From a virus (lineage: Duplodnaviria; Caudoviricetes): DNA of 56,931 nucleotides. Each line of letters starts with the position of its first letter. The stretch's first letter is position 1. The notes beneath the pieces are model-generated. The model had not been told where the DNA came from and ran no database searches. It saw only the letters and a list, made by a program, of their open reading frames with translations. The translations under genes and the position numbers were made by a program. Where the stretch lies: positions 1 to 56,931 of IMG/VR virus record IMGVR_UViG_3300009091_000002. One strand, written 5' to 3'. Positions 19,416-29,495 of this stretch are shown here, in pieces.

Positions 19416-19757
19416 TTAGAATGGTATATCTGCTTCCCATGTTTCTACGCAAGAAAGGACGATTGTTTTCGCTGGAGGCCTTACCTTATATACAGCGCAG
19501 ATTTCATCTTTATTGAACCAAAGGCAGTTTATGCAGCTGGGAAAAATTTGATGGTTTATCATCTCTGCATAAATTTTATGCTTAGATAAAGTTTCATTTC
19601 GCCGTTTTACGGCTTTCTCTTCTTCAAAGCGTTGTTCCATTACAGGGTCTCCAGTAACATCCTCACACCCTTGACTAAAATGTGAATCCATCTTATCAGG
19701 ACTATATTCTTTGAATAGGCATTCACTTTCAGGATGCCACATTAACCATCCGCTCAT
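19416..19757 (-). CDS. Hypothetical Cys-rich protein
   Basis: CxxC...C...RPPA..IV..C..W..DIPF C-terminus; GAGGAG RBS. Confidence 0.7.
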   Translation of the reverse strand: MSGWLMWHPESECLFKEYSPDKMDSHFSQGCEDVTGDPVMEQRFEEEKAVKRRNETLSKHKIYAEMINHQIFPSCINCLWFNKDEICAVYKVRPPAKTIVLSCVETWEADIPF

Positions 19758-20116
19758 GATTTATTCTCCTCAGTTTCTATAAAAGTTAAGTCCCAACTAT
19801 CCACCATTCCAGATTCCCAATCGGTATGAACATCGGTCACTGTAAAGGTATATAATTTGCCTTCCTCAATAGCACTAAGGCCGAAGTCGTATTCTTTATC
19901 CATCATAAATTCGCTAACTTGATCTAATATTGGATAGCACTTGGGACAACCTGGACATGATTTTCGAATAATGGGAGTTACCCATTTCTTGCATGCAAAA
20001 CCACCATTTTTTGTCTGGTAAACAGCTGAATGACCTCGATAGATTAAACCTTTACAAATAAGAGAAAAAGTTTCTTCCTCTTCAAAATCATCTAATTGAA
20101 AATTAAAATCAAGCAT
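19754..20116 (-). CDS. Hypothetical protein (CxxCxxC)
   Basis: Likely start ATG 20116 with GGAG RBS; SCPGCPKC and DWESG..D motifs. Confidence 0.65.
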   Translation of the reverse strand: MLDFNFQLDDFEEEETFSLICKGLIYRGHSAVYQTKNGGFACKKWVTPIIRKSCPGCPKCYPILDQVSEFMMDKEYDFGLSAIEEGKLYTFTVTDVHTDWESGMVDSWDLTFIETEENKS

Positions 20117-21794
20117 TTGTCTTCTCCAAAAAAGTTGTCCCAGTAAAATCATAACTTAATACATTATCATACCCGTTAGGAACAATCTCTACTTTAATAT
20201 TAATTGGAACCCTAAAATGTTTGAGGCTTTCCATGGCTTCATCTAGAGTGGATGGTTTATTCATTTGGTCAACACGAACATCCAGCCAACGTTTAGAGCG
20301 TGATCCTGGGTTTTCTATTTGGACCCATTCGCTAAACATGCGAATTCCACAATAGTAGCTAATCTTCAGGCTTTCTGTTCCTGAATCTTTTTTCTTGTAA
20401 CGGGCATAAGTCACCCTGTCCACTCTAAATACCTCATGTTTAAGAGGCTCTTTTGCCTTTCTAATCAATTCGGTGGTCCCTGCTTCACTCCTAATTTTAA
20501 CAATGGATACAAATTCTTCTCCACAGCCTACACAAAATCTTGCGCTAGCATGATTGTAAATAGTGCAGAAAGGGCATAACTTGACCGGAGCCGAACCACC
20601 ACCGCCTTTTCCTCGTTTTTTTGGAAGAACTGGATCATTAATTGGTCCAAGCCTTGGTGTATTACCTGCAAAATCTAATACAAGGCAGTTTTGTTTCGAA
20701 CTAAGGGAGGAAGCCTCCCGCCTTCCTTCCACGGTAGATAAATTAAATCCAGGAACAAAAACCATTCTTGTTCCTCTTCCAAGTATTTGGACCCACAGAG
20801 AGACAGATGCCGTAGGACGCAGGACTATGATCAAATCTATAGCGGGAAAGTTGAATCCGGTCGTTAGAATCCCATTATTTACCATTGCCCTATATTTTCC
20901 AGATTTGTAAGCATTAATCCGGTCATCTCGATCCTTTTTAGGCATTTTAGAATGCACATAGGTGGAAGAAATTCCCATAGAATTGAGCATGTTGGATATG
21001 TTTTCTGCGTGGGCGATTCCAGTGGCAAAAACCAGCCAGTGGTTCCTTTCCTCTCCAAGAGAAATTGATTCTATAAGGGCGGATCTGGTTATTTCTTCCT
21101 TATCTACGGCATGTTGTAATTCACCAAGATTGTAGTCCCCACCTGATTTATGAACACCGGTAACATCAAGAGCAATTTTTGTTTTCTTTGGTATTAAAGG
21201 GGAAAGGTACGCCTTATCCAAAAGCCAATTAAATCCATCCAGATGGGTCATATCGAAACAAGTATCAGTAAACAAACCTCCTTCCTGATCAATCAGCATT
21301 CCAGAACCAAGGCGGTATTGTGTGGCGGTAAATCCGATAACCTTTAATCTAGGATTAACTGAGGTGAGCTTTGCTATAACCTTCTGGTAGGTAGATGCTT
21401 CCTTAGAAGAGACTAAATGGCATTCATCTATTATAAGGAGATCAATTCTTCCTAAAGAAACCATATTAGCTTTAATAATGGATTGTACTCCAGCAAAAGT
21501 AATTGGGAATCCAAGCTGCTTTTTACCTAATCCGGAGGAATAAATTCCTGCCGGAGCATTAGGCCAGTTTTCTATTAAAGCCTCATAATTTTGGTGAATT
21601 AATTCTTTGACATGAGTTAGTTTAAGCACCCGAGTATGTGGAAAGCTTACCAAAGCTCTCCGGATAAACTCAGTAAGGACGAGAGATTTCCCAGTTCCTG
21701 TTGGTAAAGCTACGATTGGATTACCTGATTTTTTCTTAAAGTAAAGAAAAATACTCTCAACTGCAGCAGATTGAAAGTCCCAAAGATTAAGCAT
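20109..21794 (-). CDS. Superfamily 2 (RadD/YejH-like) DNA helicase with Zn finger
   Basis: PTGTGKS, IDECH, GFTAT, LTTGFN.P, Q.LGRG.R, LDFAGN, CxxC..CxxC; likely start ATG 21794. Confidence 0.9.
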   Translation of the reverse strand: MLNLWDFQSAAVESIFLYFKKKSGNPIVALPTGTGKSLVLTEFIRRALVSFPHTRVLKLTHVKELIHQNYEALIENWPNAPAGIYSSGLGKKQLGFPITFAGVQSIIKANMVSLGRIDLLIIDECHLVSSKEASTYQKVIAKLTSVNPRLKVIGFTATQYRLGSGMLIDQEGGLFTDTCFDMTHLDGFNWLLDKAYLSPLIPKKTKIALDVTGVHKSGGDYNLGELQHAVDKEEITRSALIESISLGEERNHWLVFATGIAHAENISNMLNSMGISSTYVHSKMPKKDRDDRINAYKSGKYRAMVNNGILTTGFNFPAIDLIIVLRPTASVSLWVQILGRGTRMVFVPGFNLSTVEGRREASSLSSKQNCLVLDFAGNTPRLGPINDPVLPKKRGKGGGGSAPVKLCPFCTIYNHASARFCVGCGEEFVSIVKIRSEAGTTELIRKAKEPLKHEVFRVDRVTYARYKKKDSGTESLKISYYCGIRMFSEWVQIENPGSRSKRWLDVRVDQMNKPSTLDEAMESLKHFRVPINIKVEIVPNGYDNVLSYDFTGTTFLEKTNA

Positions 21795-21799
21795 AATAA

Positions 21800-22723
21800 T
21801 TATTTTATAAAAGATGAACTGAGCTGATAAAATGGGCAGTTTTCTTGACGCTGCCTTTCTGGCGAAAGTACTGCCATGTCCGTACTGGTTGACGCGATTG
21901 GATGGGTGCAGATCCATTTCCCTTCCTCGGCAATTTGGCTAAACGAGCAGGTTCGACAATTAACCTCAGGTGGTTCCTGCCGATGGCAAACTCCTTTGTA
22001 GTCACAAAAACGGCATCCAAACCAAGCAATATTCTCATTAATTTTTGGCGGTGGTTTTGGTGCCTCTATAATCATAGAGGAGCGATCAAGGTGCCTCTGA
22101 TATATACCAGGATCAAATTGAATTATCTCGGCATGGATATCATCATCATTCTTATTTACCGCCATATAAAGGGCGTGGGTTAGCTTGTACTTTCCCATGT
22201 AGATTTGCATCTGAACAACATGCTCCCATTTAGCTTTTAAAACTCCTTCTTTAATTAGTTTAGCAAACGAGCTGGAACCATGGGTTTTGAATTCGGTTAG
22301 GAGAGGAATTCCTGGCATCTCTGGGATTCCTCGAACAACTCCGTCTAGCGACCCGCCAAAGTGTCCTTTGTGCCCTTTAATACGAAATTGTTTTCCTTCC
22401 GGAGTAAACTGCCAGACCTCGCATCCAATCATTTTTAACAAGGCTACGAATTTTGGTTCCGCCAAATGGCCTGTATTAAATAAACGAATTATTCTTCCTT
22501 GAAAGATCCCTTTTCTGCTCCAGTGAAAATTGTACCATAATTCTCTTGCGCAATCTCTACCAATTAAACTAGCCCCAAGATGATCCCGAAAAGGATCTTC
22601 CTTTGTGGAATAAGCATCATCAGCCTGCGGCATCAGCTCACGGAGGAGTCCTCTATACTTTGCACCTTGATCTTTTTCTAATGCTGCATCAATTGCCGCC
22701 ATGGTTAGTTTAGCGAGGTTCAT
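21800..22723 (-). CDS. Cas4-like PD-(D/E)xK exonuclease
   Basis: GAS.IG..C.R.LWY, G.LDG, EFKT, Q.Q.YM, C..C.Y...C Fe-S ligand pattern. Confidence 0.85.
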   Translation of the reverse strand: MNLAKLTMAAIDAALEKDQGAKYRGLLRELMPQADDAYSTKEDPFRDHLGASLIGRDCARELWYNFHWSRKGIFQGRIIRLFNTGHLAEPKFVALLKMIGCEVWQFTPEGKQFRIKGHKGHFGGSLDGVVRGIPEMPGIPLLTEFKTHGSSSFAKLIKEGVLKAKWEHVVQMQIYMGKYKLTHALYMAVNKNDDDIHAEIIQFDPGIYQRHLDRSSMIIEAPKPPPKINENIAWFGCRFCDYKGVCHRQEPPEVNCRTCSFSQIAEEGKWICTHPIASTSTDMAVLSPERQRQENCPFYQLSSSFIK

Positions 22724-22748
22724 ATTTATCCCTAGTATTTAGTCTTGG

Positions 22749-22778
22749 AAATAGCAGGAGGTTTAATTCCTGCTATTC
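22749..22778. terminator. Hairpin downstream of SSB gene
   Basis: AATAGCAGGA-N8-TCCTGCTATT inverted repeat. Confidence 0.5.
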
Positions 22779-22790
22779 TTAGAGGCTTGC

Positions 22791-23516
22791 TTATTTACGT
22801 TCCCAAGGTGGAATATCATCCTGGTTTACTGCTGGAGCTGCCGGTTGACTCTCAGCTACCCCCTGAGCTGGAGGAGGAGTCCACGGTGCTGGCTGCTGCT
22901 GAGGAGCATTCGCTCCAGAAGTCCATGGTTGTTGAACTTCAGGCACCGGATTCTGCTCCACGGGCGGTTGGGTATAGACCGGAACTACAGCTGCAGGAGG
23001 TTGAAAAGTTGGCGCTGCAGGAGGTTGAAAAGTTGGCGCTGCAGGAGGAGTATAACTTTGAGGGATAGCTACTGCTGCAGAGGTAGGCGCTGCTTGCCCA
23101 CTGGCTCCAAATTTACGGTAACCTTTTACCTCATTAGAGGCTTCATGGAATTTACCATCGTTACCGGTTCCGGCAGGCCGAAGGGACACTTTGACCTCGA
23201 ATGGAGAGTTATGTAGCTGCGCGCTGTCCTGAATTTGAATTTTCCCTGTAGCATGGCAGATTGCAGATAAGGTTCGGTAGGCGATTTCAACCGCCACCGG
23301 ATTAGCATTTTTAAGGTTAAGGCGGTCAAATATCAGTGCTTTCGCATAGGGAGAATTGAATATCTCCATGGTAAGCTGGAGGAATTCTCCGGCCCCGTTT
23401 GCGGTAGCCTTCATTTCGGATTCCTTAATATAAGCCGGATACCATCCTGCTGGTATAGCTTCTGGTGCTGTTGATGGTTCTACTTGTGATGCATCGAAAT
23501 TTCCGATTTGTGCCAT
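22791..23516 (-). CDS. DUF669-like single-stranded DNA-binding protein
   Basis: F.A..V.P......PAG.Y...I..SE.K, RLNL.N.N..AV.IA, NE.KGY; Pro/Gln-rich tail ending DDIPPW. Confidence 0.8.
   Translation of the reverse strand: MAQIGNFDASQVEPSTAPEAIPAGWYPAYIKESEMKATANGAGEFLQLTMEIFNSPYAKALIFDRLNLKNANPVAVEIAYRTLSAICHATGKIQIQDSAQLHNSPFEVKVSLRPAGTGNDGKFHEASNEVKGYRKFGASGQAAPTSAAVAIPQSYTPPAAPTFQPPAAPTFQPPAAVVPVYTQPPVEQNPVPEVQQPWTSGANAPQQQPAPWTPPPAQGVAESQPAAPAVNQDDIPPWERK
22990..23048. repeat. 24-bp in-frame tandem repeat (PPAAPTFQ x2.5)
   Basis: GCTGCAGGAGGTTGAAAAGTTGGC repeated. Confidence 0.85.
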
Positions 23517-23604
23517 GGTGGTACTCCTAAGGGTAAAAGTGGAACTTTTTGGTTCCGGTTAAAATTAAAACTATTGTATAATGGATGAAAGCACTAATCA
23601 CTTA

Positions 23605-24432
23605 CTATCTAGAGTAATAATCTAATCCTTTTGAGGCATGGATAGCTCGCGCAACATAATTCCAACTTGCCTCTTTTGCCACAGGGATTTCTCCCTCTAT
23701 GCCGAAGCGATTTCCGGCCACATAGCCAGGAGTTCTTGAAACCCCCAGGATATGTCCGCGGTTTGCGCTGATTGCTTTATTCAAGGTTTTCCCTTCAGAT
23801 ACGAAGATAGGCTCATGAAGGAAACCGATCAAATCCGCCCACTGGGTAATCATTTCTCTTTTGCCATACGATTTTTGATTCTTTGGACTATGTAAAAGAA
23901 TATCATACGTATCATATTCACCGGCAGTTGGATCTACCACTTTAGCGGCAAATACGTGGCAAGACATAAAAATATTGAGTCCTCCTTGAATAGCCAGCCA
24001 GTCACAATACTGGAGGAAAGTAAAAAACTGCTCATTGGCTACATTATAAGCTTTCCCATATCCGCCTAAAGCAGAGTCCATGGTTACGGCTTTCTGGTTT
24101 CCCCTAGCATAAGCAGGGTCCATGGATAATACGTGCTCATGGATAAGCCTTTCTAATGCAGTAGCACTATCAAAGGATAAGCTCTGGTAATTAAATGACC
24201 CTTTCTGCACCTCTACTATGATTTCGTTTAAAAGGGTAAGTACCTCTGTAAAAGTGTTAAGTAGAGGAACTTTATCAACAGAAACCCCAGCGAATCCTTG
24301 CTCCAATGGAATCAGCAATGGTTTCGGGACAGAGCAGAGCATGGTGGTCTTTCCCACCTTCTCTACTCCAGTTATAATGGCACGTATTCCTGACCGGACC
24401 GATGAATGGTTAATGGCTTGCAAAATACTCAT
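23605..24432 (-). CDS. Sak4-like AAA ATPase / recombinase
   Basis: G.EKVGKTT Walker A, DSAT.LE, GGYGK.Y, WAD.IGF, AGNRF. Confidence 0.85.
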   Translation of the reverse strand: MSILQAINHSSVRSGIRAIITGVEKVGKTTMLCSVPKPLLIPLEQGFAGVSVDKVPLLNTFTEVLTLLNEIIVEVQKGSFNYQSLSFDSATALERLIHEHVLSMDPAYARGNQKAVTMDSALGGYGKAYNVANEQFFTFLQYCDWLAIQGGLNIFMSCHVFAAKVVDPTAGEYDTYDILLHSPKNQKSYGKREMITQWADLIGFLHEPIFVSEGKTLNKAISANRGHILGVSRTPGYVAGNRFGIEGEIPVAKEASWNYVARAIHASKGLDYYSR

Positions 24433-24629
24433 GGTTGTTCCTGGCTATCCAAGATTGCTTTAATCTTATCGCCAAGGTGCCGGATTGCTGCGACTTCCAA
24501 AGCGAAGCTCACACAGCAGTGCTGTAGCTTATCAGGTGGCTTAGTCGAATGGCCTTGTGCATACCAATCTTGAAAATGCTTATTAAGAAGGGTTCTTTGT
24601 CGAATTTCTTGGTTATGGGATTGGCTCAT
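24429..24629 (-). CDS. Hypothetical protein
   Basis: 66 aa, ATGA-coupled on both sides. Confidence 0.6.
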   Translation of the reverse strand: MSQSHNQEIRQRTLLNKHFQDWYAQGHSTKPPDKLQHCCVSFALEVAAIRHLGDKIKAILDSQEQP

Positions 24630-25078
24630 TTTTTCTTCTTTTGGGTTAATTCAAGGGTGGGGGAAGACTCCTTAATAAGGAGGACACGGTCTACCATTGC
24701 GCAGCCTTGTGGATTGATCTGACGTAAGGTTTTATAAGCAGCTATGCTTAATTTTGGGGTATACTTGATTACCTCATCTAAGGGCACGTTTAAGGCATAG
24801 ATTTCGTCCTTAAGTTCGGCTAAGGCATCAATCTGAACGGAATAATCTAACTTCTTCTGGTACTTCAACTGCCAACCGTCATGGAGAGGAAAAGTATTGG
24901 TCCCTTCTTTGGAGGATGGAAAAAACAAAGTAACCACTCCTTTTCGCAACTCCATCTCTTTTTCCACTAATGGTTTGGCGATTTCTTTTACCTGCTCACG
25001 GAGATCGTACCATTCTTTTAATTTTGCGAGTCTATCCACTTCGGATAAAATTTCTGTTACTATATCATCTTGTTGCAT
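24626..25078 (-). CDS. Conserved phage hypothetical protein
   Basis: E..LRK......F....EGTN...L..G..LK motif; operon context. Confidence 0.7.
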   Translation of the reverse strand: MQQDDIVTEILSEVDRLAKLKEWYDLREQVKEIAKPLVEKEMELRKGVVTLFFPSSKEGTNTFPLHDGWQLKYQKKLDYSVQIDALAELKDEIYALNVPLDEVIKYTPKLSIAAYKTLRQINPQGCAMVDRVLLIKESSPTLELTQKKKK

Positions 25079-25084
25079 CTTGGG

Positions 25085-25366
25085 TTACCTTCTAGGGTTA
25101 TTGTTTATATAAGGGGAAGGCATGGGATTCGTGCTTACCGCATTAAAAATTTTTCTTGCAAAGTCCTGCTTAGTGATAACGGATGGACTACCAATTCGGT
25201 GTTCGATGGCGGCTCTTACCGCTGGATGATTCAAAGCTGGTGTAGATTTTATGATAGGGAAGCTATGGAAAATATTTAGAACCTCCTCGGCTTCTCTAAC
25301 CGTTTCAAAAGTAATTATTAAAGAAAAAGGTTTGAATCCTTCTCCATCTTTGGTTTCAATTTTCAT
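25085..25366 (-). CDS. Hypothetical protein
   Basis: AAGGAG RBS; first gene of the leftward operon. Confidence 0.65.
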   Translation of the reverse strand: MKIETKDGEGFKPFSLIITFETVREAEEVLNIFHSFPIIKSTPALNHPAVRAAIEHRIGSPSVITKQDFARKIFNAVSTNPMPSPYINNNPRR

Positions 25367-25394
25367 TGGATACTCCTTTGTTAAGTTCAGGCAT

Positions 25395-25478
25395 ATTATA
25401 AGTACAAAAACCTAATCCATACAACCTAATTTAGAGCATAATAAAAGCATTGTATTATTTGGTTATCCATTTTATACT
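25395..25478. promoter_or_regulatory. Divergent promoter pair
   Basis: - strand TTGTAT-N18-TATAAT and + strand TTGTAT-N17-TATACT at the strand switch. Confidence 0.55.
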
Positions 25479-25509
25479 TACCTCCTTTTCAACCACTTGG
25501 AGAAGGATA

Positions 25510-25722
25510 ATGGCCTTTACCGAAAACGAATATGATAAACCTGGAAGCCTATTAAAAGAAACAACCAGCTTGCTGCAGGACCGAAACCTTGTTGATATCA
25601 GCTATGAAACCCGCCTAAAGCATACTTGGCTCTTGAAATTTAAGCAAGGGAAAATGGAAAACCCATCCGTCAACAGAGTACAATTTTTATACGAGTTCCT
25701 TACTAAAACTAAAATACTCTAG
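25510..25722 (+). CDS. Small XRE/Cro-like HTH regulator
   Basis: LVDISYETRLKHTWL.KF..G...NPSV.RV..LY..L; start ATG 25510 with AAGGA RBS. Confidence 0.7.
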   Translation: MAFTENEYDKPGSLLKETTSLLQDRNLVDISYETRLKHTWLLKFKQGKMENPSVNRVQFLYEFLTKTKIL

Positions 25723-25734
25723 GGGCAGAGTATT

Positions 25735-27987
25735 ATGTGGAAAAATATCCCGATAGAATTAAAAGCAACACCCAACTGGGTATGTGCGGATAAATCCAAA
25801 CTGCCTATTGATCCTAAAACCGGAAAAATGGCAAACCCGGTTGATTCATCCACCTGGGCAACTTTTGAGGTTGCTTCAGCTTATGCCAAACACTATTCCT
25901 TATATATAGGATTTGTTTTATCAAAGGAAGATCCTTACGCAATTATAGATTTAGATAATAAGCCCGAAAAACCTGCCACGCCAGAACAGCTCCAGAGGCA
26001 CCAGAAAATTCTTCAGGCAGCAAACAGCTATACCGAGTTCTCTATTAGTGAAACGGGACACCATATAATCTTAAAAGGCTCTGTTCCATCGGGATGCCGA
26101 AAAGATAATGTGGAGGTGTACAGTGATAGCCGTTTCATGATTTGTACTGGTAACCTAGTTAATGGATTTCCTCGCCTAATAGATTCTAACCAGCCTTTAT
26201 TAGATGCCTTATTTAACCAGATGGGAGAAAACTCGACCAGCGCCTCTTTACAGGAAACTGATGAATCTTTGGAAGATGCCGCTATCGTTGATATGGCAAT
26301 GAATGCTAGCAATGCTGATAAGTTTAATTCTTTATGCAGCGGGGATCAAATAGGCTATCCAAGCCAATCAGAAGCGGACTTAGCTTTATTAAGTATTTTG
26401 GCTTTCTATACCCAAAGTAATGAGCAGGTACGAAGGTTATTCCGGATGTCGGCGTTGGGTAAACGGGATAAAGCCGTTAAGAACGATACTTATTTAAACT
26501 ATGCCCTTAGCAAGATTCGATCCAAGCAACCACCTCCAGTAGACTTTACTGCCTTAATTGAAAACGCTGCGAAAGTAGTGGAAAGGGAAAAAGCGGTTAC
26601 CAAAGTAGCGGAAAGTCGAAGAGTCACTAAAGATTCAAAATCTAAACCAAATATGCGGCCACCTGGATTAATAGGTGAGTTGATGGACTATTTTTATGGC
26701 ACAGCCATTCGACCAATTCCGGAGGTTGCTTTAACTGCTGCCATTGCTGTCACCGCTGGTGTTTGTGCCCGCTCCTTCAATGTATCCAATTCTGGATTGA
26801 ATCAATATATCGTTTTGATTGCCAAGACTGGATGTGGAAAAGAAGGTGCTGCATCTGGTATAGATAAACTACTTAACTCTGTTCGCATGAAGGTCCCCAT
26901 GGTCGGCGATTTTCGAGGTCCTGCCACCTTCGCCTCCGGACAGGGATTAATGCGCTGGCTTAGTACCAAACCATGTTTCTTTTCTATTCTAGGTGAGTTT
27001 GGGTTTACCCTCCAGCAGCTGAGCGATAAGCGCGCTACTAGTGCCGAGAAAATGCTAAAAACAGTATTGCTGGATATCTATGCGAAATCCGGATGGGGCC
27101 GGGATTTGCATTCCGCCGCCTATTCCGATTCTGAAAAGAATACCGGAATTGTAAACGCACCAAATGTTACTATCCTAGGTGAGTCTACTCCGGAGGCTTT
27201 TTTTGAAGGTATGGATTCCCATCAAGTTGCACAAGGGCTTATTCCAAGGTTCTCCATTGTTGAGTATATCGGCGACCGCCCCCCAAGAAATCGCAATGCC
27301 CATTTCGCCCCACCAGAAGGGTTAAGCCAACGATTTGCCGATTTGGTTGCCATCTCCTTAACCGCTACCAACAGTGGAAACATTATTCAGGTGGAAATGG
27401 ATTCAGCGGCAGATGATATAATGGAGAAGTTTGATGACCACAGTAATGATATGTCCAATAACTCCGATAAATCTGGAATCCAAAGCCAGATGTGGACTAG
27501 GGCGCATTTAAAGGCAATTAAACTGGCGGCTTTGGTAGCAGTAGGGATAAACCCCCATCGCCCAGTTATCACCATAGAATCTGCCCAATGGGCTATAGAT
27601 TTTGTAATAAAGGATACCGAGTTGGTGGTGGATAGATTCGGAAAAGGAGATGTAGGCCAAGGAGATAGTAAGCAATTGTTTGACCTTCGTCATGGAATAA
27701 AGGCTTACTTAACTAGTCCACCAAAATACATAAAAGAAAATTCTCAAGTGATGGAATTATTTAAAGCAAAACTAATTCCATACACATATCTATCTCAAAG
27801 AATGGTTAGTATAGCCAGTTATCGAAATGACCGTTTAGGGGCTACCCAGGCGCTCAAAAGAAATATCCAAAGTATGATTGATTCAGGCCATTTAGTTGAA
27901 ATTTCAAAACAAGATATTTTTAAGAGATATGAAGGCTATACGGGAATAGTCTATGGTTTAAGCAAGTCTTGGTGGTTAACCTATTGA
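25735..27987 (+). CDS. Primase-polymerase (AEP) fused to DUF3987-like helicase domain
   Basis: IIDLD, TE.S.S..G.HI, VEVYS..RF...TG, SQSEAD.AL; C-terminal A.TGCGKE P-loop. Confidence 0.88.
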   Translation: MWKNIPIELKATPNWVCADKSKLPIDPKTGKMANPVDSSTWATFEVASAYAKHYSLYIGFVLSKEDPYAIIDLDNKPEKPATPEQLQRHQKILQAANSYTEFSISETGHHIILKGSVPSGCRKDNVEVYSDSRFMICTGNLVNGFPRLIDSNQPLLDALFNQMGENSTSASLQETDESLEDAAIVDMAMNASNADKFNSLCSGDQIGYPSQSEADLALLSILAFYTQSNEQVRRLFRMSALGKRDKAVKNDTYLNYALSKIRSKQPPPVDFTALIENAAKVVEREKAVTKVAESRRVTKDSKSKPNMRPPGLIGELMDYFYGTAIRPIPEVALTAAIAVTAGVCARSFNVSNSGLNQYIVLIAKTGCGKEGAASGIDKLLNSVRMKVPMVGDFRGPATFASGQGLMRWLSTKPCFFSILGEFGFTLQQLSDKRATSAEKMLKTVLLDIYAKSGWGRDLHSAAYSDSEKNTGIVNAPNVTILGESTPEAFFEGMDSHQVAQGLIPRFSIVEYIGDRPPRNRNAHFAPPEGLSQRFADLVAISLTATNSGNIIQVEMDSAADDIMEKFDDHSNDMSNNSDKSGIQSQMWTRAHLKAIKLAALVAVGINPHRPVITIESAQWAIDFVIKDTELVVDRFGKGDVGQGDSKQLFDLRHGIKAYLTSPPKYIKENSQVMELFKAKLIPYTYLSQRMVSIASYRNDRLGATQALKRNIQSMIDSGHLVEISKQDIFKRYEGYTGIVYGLSKSWWLTY

Positions 27988-28280
27988 AATCATTAAAGTA
28001 TAATGGATATTGGGTAAAATATAATGGTTAACCTATTGAAATCATTAAAGTATAATGGATATAATAAATATAATGGTAAAAAGTAACTCTACAAAATTAT
28101 TTAGGGACATTATAAAATATTGGGGAAAATAATGGCTAACCTATTGATTCTTAACAGTATAGTGAGTTTTTAAATATTGGGGGGGCTTATAGGGGTAAAA
28201 GGGGAGACCCCTATTATTATTATTATTATTATTATATTATTATATTTATTATATTTTTAAAGAATTCAATGGGTTAGGCA
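27973..28280. repeat. Iteron-like repeats plus AT-rich tract, putative replication origin
   Basis: 38-bp perfect repeats at 27973-28010 and 28025-28062, degenerate copy near 28133, inverted copy at 28261-28278, (ATT)n tract. Confidence 0.7.
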
Positions 28281-28359
28281 CTATCCGGACACAATAATTT
28301 CATTATAATTAAACAATCATTAATAGAATCAACGTAGTACAAATTTAAAGGTATTTAGA

Positions 28360-28806
28360 ATGGCAAAGAATTTTAGTCAAAGGAAAGGTTCGAACGGTGA
28401 ACGCGAGGTAATCAAGTTGTTACAACCTGTGGTCAATAGAGCTTATGCTAAGGCAGGGTTAGAACCACCAGCACTGGAAAGGAATCTAACTCAATCTAGA
28501 GGCGGAGGATATGATATTGTCGGATTAGAATGGTTAGCATTGGAGATAAAACGTCAGGAGAATTTAAACATATCTAACTGGTGGGTACAGTGTAGAGTGC
28601 AATGTAAAAAGAATCAGGTACCGGTGTTAATGTTTCGGCAGAATCGTACTAAGTGGAAAGTTAAAATGTTTATCCGTATTCCGATTGGTCCGGATGGGGC
28701 TGGTGGCTGGCATCGCTCGCCGGCAATTTTAAAGCTGGAGGAATTCCTGATCTACTTCGAAAAAAGAGTGTTCCACGAAATCTCTTTTCGTGTTGACCCT
28801 GAATGA
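28360..28806 (+). CDS. PD-(D/E)xK nuclease, putative Holliday junction resolvase
   Basis: S.RKG..GERE, GG.D......ALEIKR, WW.Q, PVL..RQNR..W. Confidence 0.8.
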   Translation: MAKNFSQRKGSNGEREVIKLLQPVVNRAYAKAGLEPPALERNLTQSRGGGYDIVGLEWLALEIKRQENLNISNWWVQCRVQCKKNQVPVLMFRQNRTKWKVKMFIRIPIGPDGAGGWHRSPAILKLEEFLIYFEKRVFHEISFRVDPE

Positions 28807-28820
28807 GATTTCAGTATAAT
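28793..28820 (+). promoter_or_regulatory. Sigma70-like promoter TTGACC-N16-TATAAT
   Basis: Near-consensus hexamers upstream of 28881. Confidence 0.55.
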
Positions 28821-28880
28821 AAATTCATACCCAAAATTAATCTAATTTAAGAATTAAAATCGCCCTAGAGGAGAATTATT

Positions 28881-29153
28881 ATGAAAGGTCACATAACTTA
28901 CTACCGGAATGACGCTGGGGATAACTCGGCTAAAGTTTTAACCTTTATTGGTCCCCAGCCAGAATGTAAGGTTTGCGGGGGAAAAGAAAATTCCCTTAGC
29001 AATGGCCCGAAGGATTGCCATTTATGTAATTCTCGGCTGATTCGCTTTGTGAATGGCGATGGATACTTTCAGTATGCCGACTGGGGGGACACCATTGTGA
29101 AAAATGCTAAGGGAGAATTATTTTTAGTGGTTGGCGATGATGAAGAAGTGTAG
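28881..29153 (+). CDS. Hypothetical Zn-finger protein
   Basis: CxxC...CxxC; GAGGAG RBS. Confidence 0.7.
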   Translation: MKGHITYYRNDAGDNSAKVLTFIGPQPECKVCGGKENSLSNGPKDCHLCNSRLIRFVNGDGYFQYADWGDTIVKNAKGELFLVVGDDEEV

Positions 29154-29303
29154 TTGTCGCCGATTAAGAAAATATCTGGATAAGGCAAGATTTGCAAATC
29201 ACCGCCAGACACCTTGTGCTCACTGGAGGAATAAAAACAAACTGGCGATATGGAAATTTAATATGCGCTATAAAACATTACTTTTATGGATTGGAGAAAA
29301 GAA

Positions 29304-29495
29304 ATGACTGCTTTTATAATAATCTGTCTGCTGGTGACTTATTGGGCACCGAGCATCATAGCAGGAAATCGAAACCATAATGACAAATGGTCTATCTTCC
29401 TGTTGAATCTATTTTTTGGCTGGACGCTGGCACTTTGGTTTGTTGCTCTACTGTGGTCAGCCAGCGGTAATGTTATGAAGAAGGTGGAGCAATGA
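29304..29495 (+). CDS. imm: Superinfection immunity membrane protein (T4 Imm-like)
   Basis: Y..PSIIA..R.H.....IFLLNLFFGWT...W..AL.W signature; GGAG RBS. Confidence 0.85.
   Translation: MTAFIIICLLVTYWAPSIIAGNRNHNDKWSIFLLNLFFGWTLALWFVALLWSASGNVMKKVEQ

Noticed and set aside
21800-22723. Cas4-like gene as part of a CRISPR system
   Set aside because: It lies in the usual helicase/SSB/Sak4 recombination module, with no array or other cas genes
22990-23048. 24-bp tandem repeat as a regulatory element
   Set aside because: It is an in-frame expansion of the Pro-rich disordered linker of the SSB
27973-28160. 38-bp repeats as a mini CRISPR array
   Set aside because: Only two exact copies with a 14-bp gap and no cas operon; iterons fit better
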